64,000 bases of DNA from Candidatus Doudnabacteria bacterium (GCA_963837465.1 CAWINB010000004.1:330853-394852); one strand, 5' to 3'; counted from the first letter of the stretch, positions 21,259 to 30,662 are shown. A program made the numbers and translations. The notes: a model not told the origin generated them from the letters alone.

Positions 21259-24171
21259 ATGCCATCACCAATCAGCATAGGCACAAGGGACATTCCCTTA
21301 AAACTTGCCAAGACAATTAGTGAGAAAGTAAATTTAGCTTGGGACAGTGGAGAGTTTTTAGACAAGACCACGGCCGTTACTCAAGATTTGCTAAAATTTT
21401 GGTTTACCGAACCACACATAGAAAACCGATATATTAATTTTCACTCCGGCCAGCGCCAGGCTATTTTAAACACCATTTATTTGCACGAAATTTTAAGCAC
21501 GAAGTCCGTTAAAGATATTTACGAGAACATAGAATTTGAACTGTTGCCGGAAATAGACATAGCCGAGCTAAAAAAGCCAAAATACGAAATTCCCAAATAC
21601 GCTATTAAGATGGCAACCGGGACGGGCAAAACATGGGTGATGCACGCCTTGTTAATTTGGCAATATCTAAACGCCAAATATGAAGCCCAAAAATCAGGAA
21701 AGTTTTCCAAGAACTTTTTATTAGTCGCCCCCGGCATAATCGTCTACGAACGGCTGCTGGATGCTTATTTGGGTAAGGAAAATGAAAATCGGGAACGCCA
21801 ATTTGAGCAATCTGATTTTTACCAGTTTAAGGATTTGCTCTTGCCTCCGGCCTTTAGGGAAGAATTTTTTGGCTTTATCCAGTCGGCCGTAGCCAAGAAG
21901 CAGGACATCGGCAGCAAGGTGACTGGTGACGGCCTGATCGCCATTGCCAACTGGCATTTATTTATGGGGGAAGAAGAATCGGAAGACAAACCCGTTTCGC
22001 CATTAGACAGTCCACAACAAATCCTCAAAGACATCATGCCAATTCGGCCGGGAGTATCCGGCGGCAATTCTTTGGATGCTTTAGATAGTGCCTATTGGGG
22101 CGGCAAGGAATTGGATTATTTGGCCAATTTGCCGGATTTAGTTTGTATAAATGACGAGGCACACCACATCCACGAAAATAAAACCTACGGGGAAGTCAGC
22201 GAGGTGGAATGGCAAAAGAGCTTGAATAAAATTGCCGCCTCCAAAGGCCATAAATTCATGCAGATAGATTTTAGCGCCACCCCTTACGACGTAACCGGCA
22301 GCGGGCAAAATCGTATCAAGCATTACTTTCCCCACATCATTGTGGATTTTAAGCTAAAGACGGCCATAGACGGCGGCTTTGTAAAGACCATAGCCATAGA
22401 CAAGCGCAAGGAACTTGTGGATTTGCCTTTAGACTTTAAATCGGTACGGGACGAAAACAATACCGCTATTGCGCTCTCGGACGGGCAAAAGCTGATGATC
22501 CGTGCCGGATTAAATCGATTAAAAATTCTTGAAACGGAATTTGTTAAATTCACTAAAGATGCCGATGGGGTTTCCAATAAATATCCCAAAATGTTGATCA
22601 TGTGCGAGGATACTAAAGTTACGCCATTGGTTGAGGCTTTTTTTCTGGACGAAGGCTTAAGCGAGGACGAGGTGCTTCGGGTAGATTCCAATAAAAAAGG
22701 CGAGATACCGGAAACGGAATGGAGAGAACTTAAACAAAAATTATTTAATATTGATAAGCATGATAAGCCTAAAGTTATTATTTCCGTGCTCATGTTGCGT
22801 GAGGGTTTTGACGTAAATAATATCTGCGTTATTGTCCCGTTGCGTTCGTCCGCCGCCCCGATTTTGCTGGAACAGACTATTGGCCGTGGTTTGCGGCTGA
22901 TGTGGCGGGAGCCGGAATATCGTGAAGCCAAAATGGACAATATCCGGCAATTGATAAAAGAAAAACGGGAACCGCAAAACTTGCTGGACTTGCTGTTTAT
23001 TGTTGAGCATCCGGCGTTTTTGCAATTCTATGAGGATTTAGACAAAGAAAGCATCGTAGAAGTTGGTGACATACCAGAGGGAGGGGTGTTGGGGGAAATT
23101 ATTAAGGTTGGCTTAAAACCCGACTGGCAAAAATATGATATGTATTGGCCGATCATCTTGCGTGATGCGGAAGATGAAATGTCCGGCAGCCGTCCGCCGG
23201 TTGAAAAAATGGAAAAATTTACCGTTTATGCGTTGGAAGATTTAAAGAAGTTTTTTCATAAAGGCGGCGAAAAATTCGTGTCCGAGGAGTTAACCGTTAA
23301 AACCCGTTTTGGGGAGTACATGGTAGATGCCAGCCTGTTTACTTCCCAAAGCTATAATGAGTATTTGCAGAAAATAATCCACGCAGTAGTCAATAGGACG
23401 GCGAAGACAAGTGCACGTGGGCATAAAGTTTACCCGACGTTACAAATAAACCAACTGCAATTAGTTGAAGCTTTGGATTTTTATATCCGCAATCTGTTGT
23501 TTGGTAACTCATATGACCCGTTTGTTGATAATAATTGGAAAGTGCTTTTACTGAAGAATGGCGTTGTTACCCAGCATATCGTCAAAGAGGTGGGCAAACT
23601 AATTTTTGAAATGCAGAATAACACTACCACGAGCGAGGCATTGGTAGAAAAGCGCCATTTTGCCGAAGTGGACAGTTTGAGGATGAGGGAAAATTATTCC
23701 TTGCCGATTGTAAAAACTATTTACGAAAGATTGCGCTACCCTTCTAACAAAGGCGGTTTTGAAAAAGACTTTTTAAGCTATGCGGATGGCGACGGGCAGG
23801 TGGAGGCGATAATTAAAATCGAAGAATACCAGCACACCTTTGCCGTTATCAACTATATGCGTTCCGATGGTTTTCTCGCCCAATACCACCCGGACTTTTT
23901 AGTGCAGGCGGTCAATAAAATCTATGTTATTGAAACAAAAGCCGACAAAGACATTGACGATAAAAATGTCCGGCAAAAGCAGCTGGCTACGCTGGATTGG
24001 ATTAAGCGGATCAACGGGTTAAAAACCGAAGACAGATTAAAAAAAGAATGGGAATATGTTTTGCTAGGTCAAAGCAATTTTTACGGTTTAAGCAAAAACG
24101 GGGCTTCCATAACTGAAATTTGCGAATTAGCCAAGGTTAGCGAGGCTGCGGTGACCGGCAGGCTACTTTAG
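21259..24171 (+). CDS. res: Type III restriction enzyme Res subunit (helicase-nuclease)
   Basis: Walker A MATGTGKT, DEAH box NDEAHHI, helicase C motifs (VLMLREGFDV, QTIGRGLR). 970 aa. Confidence 0.85.
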   Translation: MPSPISIGTRDIPLKLAKTISEKVNLAWDSGEFLDKTTAVTQDLLKFWFTEPHIENRYINFHSGQRQAILNTIYLHEILSTKSVKDIYENIEFELLPEIDIAELKKPKYEIPKYAIKMATGTGKTWVMHALLIWQYLNAKYEAQKSGKFSKNFLLVAPGIIVYERLLDAYLGKENENRERQFEQSDFYQFKDLLLPPAFREEFFGFIQSAVAKKQDIGSKVTGDGLIAIANWHLFMGEEESEDKPVSPLDSPQQILKDIMPIRPGVSGGNSLDALDSAYWGGKELDYLANLPDLVCINDEAHHIHENKTYGEVSEVEWQKSLNKIAASKGHKFMQIDFSATPYDVTGSGQNRIKHYFPHIIVDFKLKTAIDGGFVKTIAIDKRKELVDLPLDFKSVRDENNTAIALSDGQKLMIRAGLNRLKILETEFVKFTKDADGVSNKYPKMLIMCEDTKVTPLVEAFFLDEGLSEDEVLRVDSNKKGEIPETEWRELKQKLFNIDKHDKPKVIISVLMLREGFDVNNICVIVPLRSSAAPILLEQTIGRGLRLMWREPEYREAKMDNIRQLIKEKREPQNLLDLLFIVEHPAFLQFYEDLDKESIVEVGDIPEGGVLGEIIKVGLKPDWQKYDMYWPIILRDAEDEMSGSRPPVEKMEKFTVYALEDLKKFFHKGGEKFVSEELTVKTRFGEYMVDASLFTSQSYNEYLQKIIHAVVNRTAKTSARGHKVYPTLQINQLQLVEALDFYIRNLLFGNSYDPFVDNNWKVLLLKNGVVTQHIVKEVGKLIFEMQNNTTTSEALVEKRHFAEVDSLRMRENYSLPIVKTIYERLRYPSNKGGFEKDFLSYADGDGQVEAIIKIEEYQHTFAVINYMRSDGFLAQYHPDFLVQAVNKIYVIETKADKDIDDKNVRQKQLATLDWIKRINGLKTEDRLKKEWEYVLLGQSNFYGLSKNGASITEICELAKVSEAAVTGRLL

Positions 24172-24192
24172 CATTATGGATTGTAAAAATTT

Positions 24193-24369
24193 ATGTCACA
24201 TGAAGATTTAGACATTGACGAGTTCAAAAGAATTTTTGGAAAGTATTATGACAAGCCGCTTTCCGACCAAGATGCATATGAAGGCGCTTATGATTTGCTT
24301 AACGCTTTTAAATGGTTAGTAGATCAGGACGAAAGCAACAATCTAAAAATTCAGCCAAAAACTAGATGA
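24193..24369 (+). CDS. Small hypothetical protein, paralog 1 of a three-member family
   Basis: 58-aa ORF not in the track: MSHEDLDIDEFKRIFGKYYDKPLSDQDAYEGAYDLLNAFKWLV... It aligns with the next two small ORFs. Confidence 0.4.
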   Translation: MSHEDLDIDEFKRIFGKYYDKPLSDQDAYEGAYDLLNAFKWLVDQDESNNLKIQPKTR

Positions 24370-24533
24370 TTTCTCAAGAAGCGTTAGAAAAATATAAGGC
24401 TATTTACAAGGAAGAGTATGGTGCGGATATTTCAGACGCAGAAGCCTTGGATTTGGCCGTCAATCTTTTAACAATGATGAACGCAGTATATCGGCCGATA
24501 AAAAAAGAATGGGCTGAAGATGCTGACCTTTGA
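24366..24533 (+). CDS. Small hypothetical protein, paralog 2
   Basis: 55-aa ORF: MISQEALEKYKAIYKEEYGADISDAEALDLAVNLLTMMNAVYRPIKKEW... Its start overlaps the previous stop (ATGA). Confidence 0.45.
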   Translation: MISQEALEKYKAIYKEEYGADISDAEALDLAVNLLTMMNAVYRPIKKEWAEDADL

Positions 24534-24560
24534 ATTTAACAATCAAATTTAGATAAATTT

Positions 24561-24698
24561 ATGAAGGTATTTATTAGGTTAGTGTTAGGCTTAGTGGCAT
24601 TATTGTTTATAACTTTTATGTCGGCTGCTTTTGGGATAGGCGGGTTTTTGTTCACGCTCGGTTTGTTTGCGGTTATAGTTTATGCTTTTGCTAGGTAG
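24561..24698 (+). CDS. Small hydrophobic peptide
   Basis: 45-aa ORF: MKVFIRLVLGLVALLFITFMSAAFGIGGFLFTLGLFAVIVYAFAR, with two predicted helices. Confidence 0.3.
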   Translation: MKVFIRLVLGLVALLFITFMSAAFGIGGFLFTLGLFAVIVYAFAR

Positions 24699-24707
24699 CT
24701 ATTTTTT

Positions 24708-24893
24708 ATGATTTCAAAAGAGCATCTTGAAAAATATAAACAGATTTATAAAAACCGTTTTGGGAAAGAATTATCTAACCAAGAGGCTCTTGAGCAGGCC
24801 ACTAAGTTGCTTAGGTTAATAGAAATTATTTACCATCCCATGACCCAGGAAGAGCTGGATATGGTTAATAGGCGGAGACAGGAATTGGGTTAA
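24708..24893 (+). CDS. Small hypothetical protein, paralog 3
   Basis: 61 aa: MISKEHLEKYKQIYKNRFGKELSNQEALEQATKLLRLIEIIYHPM... It shares the LEKYK.IY....G...S..EAL pattern with paralog 2. Confidence 0.5.
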   Translation: MISKEHLEKYKQIYKNRFGKELSNQEALEQATKLLRLIEIIYHPMTQEELDMVNRRRQELG

Positions 24894-24980
24894 AAAGCTT
24901 TGACTAAAGTTTGCCATCACAAAGCTTGGAATTTTGCTATAATTAAGAGGCACAAAGCCTCTTTTAATTTAACCCCCTCT

Positions 24981-26114
24981 ATGAACTATATCGAAGATTG
25001 GAAATTATATCTTTGGAAAAAACTGTTGCTGAAATCTGATTATTTCAGCCAGCAAAACCTTAACCTATTTCAGGCTATCCGTAATTTTGTATTTGGCCAG
25101 GACTGGGGCGGAACTGTAGGCAACGATTTGATAGCACAAGCATTAATTGAAATGAGCAATTTTCAGCCGCCCGCTGTTGAGATTACCAACGTTAGGATGT
25201 TAAAAGATTACCGAGATTACCATTACAAGAGATTGTCTGAAGAAGAAGCAAAAAAGGCGCTCGCGGCTGCCACAAGCTCAAGCTATACAAATCCAAATTC
25301 CAAAACCGTCCACGTTGTTTTGCAGCCCAACCACGGATTGCCTAAAGAAGTAGACCAGAAGCTGGAGAAACTTGAGAAGGACAAAAATCTGGCTGACTTA
25401 GATTTGGCGGACTTAAAAACGATGGCCTATAATGCCAAGCTCCCTCAATACTTATGGAATTACGTTAGCTTTGATGCGAAATTCCACAAAGAGCCTTTAG
25501 AAAAAAAGCTAAACGATTACATCGACTCTTTTATCCAAGGGGATTTGGTAGCGCCAAGGGGTTTTAGACTTTACGGCCCAAGACAGCAGATGGAGAGAAT
25601 GTGGCAAACTATACAGGTATTAGCGACTGGTCAGGGCTCGAAAAACCTCAAAGTTACTTTGCGGGACATTGTGCCGCCGGGACGTAGCCCAGTAAATGAG
25701 CATAATCTCTATAAATTTTATGAAATGATACTGGCTTTGGAGCGCAGTGGCGACATCACAGTTACTGATATAGTCGGCTCCGAGGCAGTTATTTCCATAG
25801 CCCCAAGGCATTTAAAAAATCTCGACCCGGACTTAAGGATACCCCCTGCTTTTGCTAAATTTGAAGGCAAGTTTGTCGAACATGAACTTCATTGGTATTG
25901 CCCTATATGCGGCAACAAGATTAAAGTCTTTGAGGACAAAGACACGCTGGCGGAAACCCTTACTATCCGCACCAAACGCTGTAAAAACGGCCACGAAAAC
26001 AAAATAATGATTATCGATGATAAGCTGTATTTGGAAAATACGCCCATTGCCGTTTCAGAAGCAATGGCACACTTTAAGCGCAGGAATAAAGTCCAAAAAC
26101 CAGATGGCGTTTGA
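24981..26114 (+). CDS. Hypothetical protein with a C-terminal zinc ribbon
   Basis: The first ATG at 24981 is preferred. C-terminal CPICGNK...CKNGH Cys/His pairs. Confidence 0.45.
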   Translation: MNYIEDWKLYLWKKLLLKSDYFSQQNLNLFQAIRNFVFGQDWGGTVGNDLIAQALIEMSNFQPPAVEITNVRMLKDYRDYHYKRLSEEEAKKALAAATSSSYTNPNSKTVHVVLQPNHGLPKEVDQKLEKLEKDKNLADLDLADLKTMAYNAKLPQYLWNYVSFDAKFHKEPLEKKLNDYIDSFIQGDLVAPRGFRLYGPRQQMERMWQTIQVLATGQGSKNLKVTLRDIVPPGRSPVNEHNLYKFYEMILALERSGDITVTDIVGSEAVISIAPRHLKNLDPDLRIPPAFAKFEGKFVEHELHWYCPICGNKIKVFEDKDTLAETLTIRTKRCKNGHENKIMIIDDKLYLENTPIAVSEAMAHFKRRNKVQKPDGV

Positions 26115-26376
26115 CAGTAAGTTATTTTGGGTGTAAAATGTAAGCAGTTAATCTTTTACAATTTAATTGTTTCGCCTTATCGGTCTTGCCAGGCGGCGAG
26201 AGGTAAGGAAGGAATGATTATCCAAAACTTTTTAGACGGTTATACCCAAAGCTATTTGGCTCTGCCAGGAGGCGGAGGAGTAAGCGAGTAAGTATAACGC
26301 CATTAAGCCAAGATAATAGAAAAATCGGACCGTTGATTCGGCCTGGTCTTCTTGTTATTTTGGCTTTTTTCGTTTG

Positions 26377-26405
26377 ACCAGCGCTTTTAACGGCGCTGGT
26401 TTTTG
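26377..26405 (+). terminator. Rho-independent terminator
   Basis: accagcgc ttttaacg gcgctggt followed by tttt. Confidence 0.6.
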
Positions 26406-26425
26406 CGTTTTACGCAAGAAAATGG

Positions 26426-26502
26426 GGCAATTAGGTTGCTGCCTTGGGATCTGGTTTGCTCATAGAGGGGTTATCCTGAAACCGGGCAGCACCCTAATTG
26501 CC
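26426..26502. repeat. Long hairpin upstream of the 393-aa ORF
   Basis: ggcaattaggttgctgcc (26426-26443) pairs 17/18 with ggcagcaccctaattgcc (26485-26502). The loop is 41 nt. Confidence 0.6.
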
Positions 26503-26524
26503 TCTAAATAATCAAAATCCCTCT

Positions 26525-27703
26525 ATGATGATTGACAGTATACGTCTAAGAATTTCTATATTTAGTAGCGTGAAAAATAACTTCTTTTTTAGAGAAAAAA
26601 GAGGGAGCCTTGATTATGATAATAGTAATAGACAGAGGGTTAAACAATTTATACGAACCAATTTTAAGTGGAGCGAACAACAACGGTCTCAGGGTAAATA
26701 TATCCCAAAATATTGGACAGAAACCAACAGCTTTGAGGGCGGTAAACAGTATCTTATTTTTGAATTTTCAGTTCCAAAGTTCTTGCAGGGACATAATTTA
26801 GTCGAAATTGCAGAAACCATGCTGCCTGTCTTGGTGGATCGTCTCGAGGACTTCTGTAAAATAATTCAACTATCAGTTGCGGAGGTAGATATTTTGGGTG
26901 CGCAAGTCACGATGGTCGCATATTGTCATAATGTTCCGATAGCCCATCTGGCTCCTTCGCAAGAAGTTATGAAATTGTTATCTGGATATACCTATCGTTT
27001 TCGTTCTAAATTTCGGCCCGAGCAAAATGAATTGGGACAGATTACTCATTTACAACTCGGTAATAATACTTCCCATGTTACTGCTTATGATAAGTTGCCG
27101 GAGATTATAGTGCATGCCCGAACTACTGAGGAATTGGAAATTGCCAAAATAATTAAAAATAAACAGTTGCCAAATCCTTACGGAAAAATTATTCAAGACA
27201 CCATTAGGTTTGAGCTCACTTTACATAATACTGTGTCGGTAAGGCAAGCAATGAAAAAATTTTATGGTGACAAGCCTTTTTACACACTCAAGGATGTGTT
27301 CAAAGCCGATATTGCGGCGGCATTATTAAAGTTGGAAATGGAGGAAATTTATAATCACCCCCTTAAAAATATAGCTGCAAATTCTAATTATGACTTCCGA
27401 AAACTAAATGATGAGGTCGGTAAATTTATTCGAGACCGCCATCAGGACGGCAAACTGATTGGCTTGCTGGAACAGGCCACCCTTGTTCTACACGCCGGGG
27501 GCTGGGCGGCGGTCAGAACTTATTTAGCGAAAGGTTGTTGCCGCCGGACTTTGCAATACCGGATAGCTGAACTACGCGAAATAGAAAAAATTGGAATTAA
27601 TTTGGGAACGCCAAATGAAAAAATTATGGAATATATTTTAAACCAATTTGGCATTGGAAAAACTAATTTACTTCCTAAAGGCCAACAATTATTGTTTAGC
27701 TAA
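26525..27703 (+). CDS. Hypothetical protein (weak suspicion of a replication initiator)
   Basis: 392 aa. The N-terminus MMIDSIRLRI recalls the MIDW... start of gene II/X-type replication proteins. I could confirm no catalytic motif. Confidence 0.4.
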   Translation: MMIDSIRLRISIFSSVKNNFFFREKRGSLDYDNSNRQRVKQFIRTNFKWSEQQRSQGKYIPKYWTETNSFEGGKQYLIFEFSVPKFLQGHNLVEIAETMLPVLVDRLEDFCKIIQLSVAEVDILGAQVTMVAYCHNVPIAHLAPSQEVMKLLSGYTYRFRSKFRPEQNELGQITHLQLGNNTSHVTAYDKLPEIIVHARTTEELEIAKIIKNKQLPNPYGKIIQDTIRFELTLHNTVSVRQAMKKFYGDKPFYTLKDVFKADIAAALLKLEMEEIYNHPLKNIAANSNYDFRKLNDEVGKFIRDRHQDGKLIGLLEQATLVLHAGGWAAVRTYLAKGCCRRTLQYRIAELREIEKIGINLGTPNEKIMEYILNQFGIGKTNLLPKGQQLLFS

Positions 27704-27916
27704 TTTATATGCAACTGCCATGTTTATCTATAGCCAACAAAAACCATACAGTCTATGCGTCTTTTGTCTCCCTAAGTATTACGTCAATACACGTGCAATC
27801 TTTTGCACATTTTCACAGAGAATAATTGTGCAAGTTATAAAGCGCAGCTTAGGCAATATATGTGCAATCGCAAAAAGCCAAAATGTTACAAATCAATGAC
27901 TGAATAAAGTTGTCTC

Positions 27917-28885
27917 ATGAGCCAGTTTAACCAAAACCCAGATCCTAATTTTATACAGCAGCCATCTGCTCCGGTTTTAGGTTTGCCGGTCGTAAATACC
28001 CCACAGCTTTTGACCTTTGAACAGTTGATCCCGTTGTTTGGCGATTACGTCACTTACGATTTGAATCATAGTCCTAAGACATCCAAAAAGTATGTCGAGG
28101 GGTTAAGGCATATTTTGAAAGACCTACCCTTTATAGTTTACCCCCAAGACTTAACGTTGCCGCATATTACGGAACTGAAGAAAAAAGTGCAGTTGCGTGG
28201 CGCAAAAGAGTCCCGAGTTAATAGTCTACTATTCTCATTGCGAAAATTTTTAACCTATTGTAACGAAGTCTATAAACTGGTTACAATAAATCCAAAGGAA
28301 ATTAAAGTTATGCGATTACCAAAAAGGGAAGTGGTGTTTTTGGCTCCTGCCGAAATTGAGCAATTTTTAAGCGCAATGGATACAACAACTTTGCCGGGAT
28401 TACGAATACGGACGCTTGTAGAGGTGCTACTTTCCACTGCTATGCGAATTTCCGAAGCCCTGTCGGTCAGCCGTGGGGACATTGACTGGGAGGGCAAGGA
28501 AATTGTCATTATAGGGAAAGGCAATAAGCAGCGGACGGTATTTTTAAGCGATAGGGCAATCGGTTGGCTTCAAACCTATTTACTCCGGCGTAAGGATAAT
28601 GACCCTGCTTTGTTCGTAACCTTTGGCGAACCCAAACGCTTGTCGCCTTATGACTTGTCTAAGCAGTTTAAGCACTATGCTGAAAAAGCAGGATTAAAGA
28701 AAAAAGTAACACCCCATATTTTACGCCATACGGCCGCGACAACCATGTCCCATAACGGCGCGGACATTCGTAACATTCAGCTAATTTTAGGCCATAGCGA
28801 CATTAAAACAACCGCCAAATATTACTTAGGCGTGGACAAAGAGGCTTTAAAGGAAGCCCATAAAAAGTTTCTAAAATACGATTAG
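27917..28885 (+). CDS. Tyrosine recombinase/integrase, class B (copy 1)
   Basis: AMRISEALSV, HILRHTAATTM, LGHSDIKTTAKYY. Its closest paralogs are at 39633 and the fragment at 48956-49412. Confidence 0.9.
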   Translation: MSQFNQNPDPNFIQQPSAPVLGLPVVNTPQLLTFEQLIPLFGDYVTYDLNHSPKTSKKYVEGLRHILKDLPFIVYPQDLTLPHITELKKKVQLRGAKESRVNSLLFSLRKFLTYCNEVYKLVTINPKEIKVMRLPKREVVFLAPAEIEQFLSAMDTTTLPGLRIRTLVEVLLSTAMRISEALSVSRGDIDWEGKEIVIIGKGNKQRTVFLSDRAIGWLQTYLLRRKDNDPALFVTFGEPKRLSPYDLSKQFKHYAEKAGLKKKVTPHILRHTAATTMSHNGADIRNIQLILGHSDIKTTAKYYLGVDKEALKEAHKKFLKYD

Positions 28886-28962
28886 GCAGGCAAACTACCT
28901 ATGGATTGAGTGGTTTCTAAGATAGTTTACCCCTTATTTTATAGGGTTTTTATGATTTTGGC

Positions 28963-28991
28963 TTGACAGAAGCCATAAAATCAGGTATAAT
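28963..28991 (+). promoter_or_regulatory. Consensus promoter upstream of the DGR target gene
   Basis: TTGACA (28963-28968), a 17-nt spacer, TATAAT (28986-28991). Confidence 0.55.
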
Positions 28992-29128
28992 TAAAAGTTA
29001 ATTTTGAGACTGGAAATTGAGCTATCAAAGTTTATTTAATGGCTGAATTGCCTGTCCCAACTGTTGGGATTTGGTGTGCCGTGGCTTTCACGGATGCAGT
29101 TAATGTTCCTATAAATCAATAAGGAGGG

Positions 29129-29806
29129 ATGACGCCAATGGAAACCCCGTTGACCGTATCCACTAACAATCCCCGAGAAGGCAAACAGGGCCGGAAGTTG
29201 TATTACCGGCTCAAAACCTCAATTAAGAAATCCGGATTATTAATTGTAGCGCTTCAACCCGCGCTTGAGTTCCCCGGCACAGCGATGGAAGACGACATCG
29301 CGGCTATCTTGGTAAAGTATTCCAAGATGGCTCGTGGCATCGTTACTCCCGTCCGCGCCGAGGACACCGGCCTCATGCCCCAGGGCTATTCGGTATACCT
29401 CACGCCGCAGGGCGTTCGCAAGGATCGTCTGGAAGGCGACGTCGAGCTGGCTAATGTCGACTACATCTGCCCGTTGCGGGATGATGATGGCGACTATATC
29501 GGCGGCGAGGTAATGCTCCAGCGGTCGGTCGAACTCAAGGCCATCGGTAGCCTCGGCTACGCTTTCGCGCTTCTCAAGGCGCAGGAGCAAGGGAAGGAAA
29601 TCTTTCCTGTCGAGTCGCGCGGCAAGCATTATTTCATTATGCCGCTCACCGAGCTGCTCGGTGACGACCGTGGCCGCCGCGTGGCTTGCTTCGGCTGGCA
29701 CGGCAAGTCGCTGCGTTGGGTGCTCTTCTTCCGTTGGGTCGGCGGCGTCTTCGCTCGCCGCGGTCGGTTTGTTGTTCCCCGCGAGAAGAAGCCCTCGGTC
29801 GCTTAG
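29129..29806 (+). CDS. DGR variable (target) protein
   Basis: 225-aa ORF whose last ~50 codons are the variable repeat. The C-terminus ...ACFGWHGKSLRWVLFFRWVGGVFARRGRFVVPR parallels the TR-encoded ...AYFNWNDKSQRWVLNFNWVDNNFNRNDRFVVPR. Confidence 0.85.
   Translation: MTPMETPLTVSTNNPREGKQGRKLYYRLKTSIKKSGLLIVALQPALEFPGTAMEDDIAAILVKYSKMARGIVTPVRAEDTGLMPQGYSVYLTPQGVRKDRLEGDVELANVDYICPLRDDDGDYIGGEVMLQRSVELKAIGSLGYAFALLKAQEQGKEIFPVESRGKHYFIMPLTELLGDDRGRRVACFGWHGKSLRWVLFFRWVGGVFARRGRFVVPREKKPSVA
29654..29782 (+). repeat. DGR variable repeat (VR)
   Basis: 129 nt aligning without gaps to 30148-30276. By my hand alignment there are 26 differences, all at template adenines. Confidence 0.9.
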
Positions 29807-29853
29807 TCCCTCGGCTCTGCCGCTGGGTTCTGGACTCTTGGCGCTTCGCATTG

Positions 29854-29894
29854 CCCCGCATTTTGACTTCGGTCAGGATGCGGGGTGTTTTTTT
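29854..29894 (+). terminator. Terminator after the DGR target gene
   Basis: ccccgcat...atgcgggg stem with an inner tgac ttcg gtca, followed by a T7 run. Confidence 0.7.
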
Positions 29895-30147
29895 GTCCAA
29901 AATTTTGAAAGTTTGGTATAATTTAAGTAGATGGGATTTATGCCTGCGGTTAAGGCTTCAGGTGACCACATCTCGCATTGTTAAAAAACCAGAGTATCGG
30001 CGGCTACGGTTTCCGGTAGAGTGTTTTTTAACAAATCTTAAAAAGAAGATACTCGGTGCAAAGTATTGGCGGGCTTTAAGGCCCCAAATAAAATACAACC
30101 CCAAGAGTATTCAAGGGGTGGTGGCTTGGAATATACTTTGCATAATC

Positions 30148-30276
30148 CTGCTCGATGACAACCGTAACCGCAACGTGGCTTACTTCAACTGGAACGACAA
30201 GTCGCAGCGTTGGGTGCTCAACTTCAATTGGGTCGACAACAACTTCAATCGCAACGATCGGTTTGTTGTTCCCCGC
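30148..30276 (+). repeat. DGR template repeat (TR)
   Basis: Rich in AAC/AAT codons. Identical to the VR except at adenines. The last 19 nt (tcggtttgttgttccccgc) are A-free and identical in both copies. Confidence 0.9.
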
Positions 30277-30644
30277 TATTGTCTTCTTACTCCTCCCACA
30301 ACGGGAGGAGTTTCTTTTAATAACTGCCGCTGCCAGCCGCCAAACATTTTACCCGCGTCAACCAGAGGTGTTGAAATATCACTAAATTGTTTATTGTCTA
30401 AGGCTTTTAACTCCCAAGCCAATTGTAGGAAGTATTTAAGGGTATCAAGTTTAATGCTTGCCTTTTGAATTAAGATTGACTTGCTATCCCTTGAGGTAAA
30501 GCCCGCTGTCAGCGTTAGTTCAATAACATCGGTGAACAGGACATTGATTTTTTCAGCCAAGGAGTATTTTACCAGCTTGGGCAGGTGTGGCAGGTAGTTG
30601 TGCCAGAGTTTGTAAGCATCGGTAATTTTTTGTAATACCGGCAA
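30276..30644 (-). CDS. avd: Avd-like four-helix-bundle accessory protein
   Basis: 122 aa. The pattern KITDAYKLWHNYLPHLPKLVKYSLAEKI...LDTLKYFLQLAWELKALDNKQF fits the four-helix-bundle (23S-IVS protein/Avd) family. On the opposite strand to the TR and RT. Confidence 0.7.
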   Translation of the reverse strand: MPVLQKITDAYKLWHNYLPHLPKLVKYSLAEKINVLFTDVIELTLTAGFTSRDSKSILIQKASIKLDTLKYFLQLAWELKALDNKQFSDISTPLVDAGKMFGGWQRQLLKETPPVVGGVRRQ

Positions 30645-30662
30645 GTTGATAAAATTTCCGTT

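Noticed and set aside
29240-30468. ORFs 29240..29851(-), 29646..29900(-), 29661..29921(+), 29686..30468(+) and 30155..30385(+)
   Set aside because: These are long open frames created by the G+C-rich DGR target region and by the A-rich template repeat. The 260-aa ORF merely reads through the TR. None has a plausible start context or motifs.
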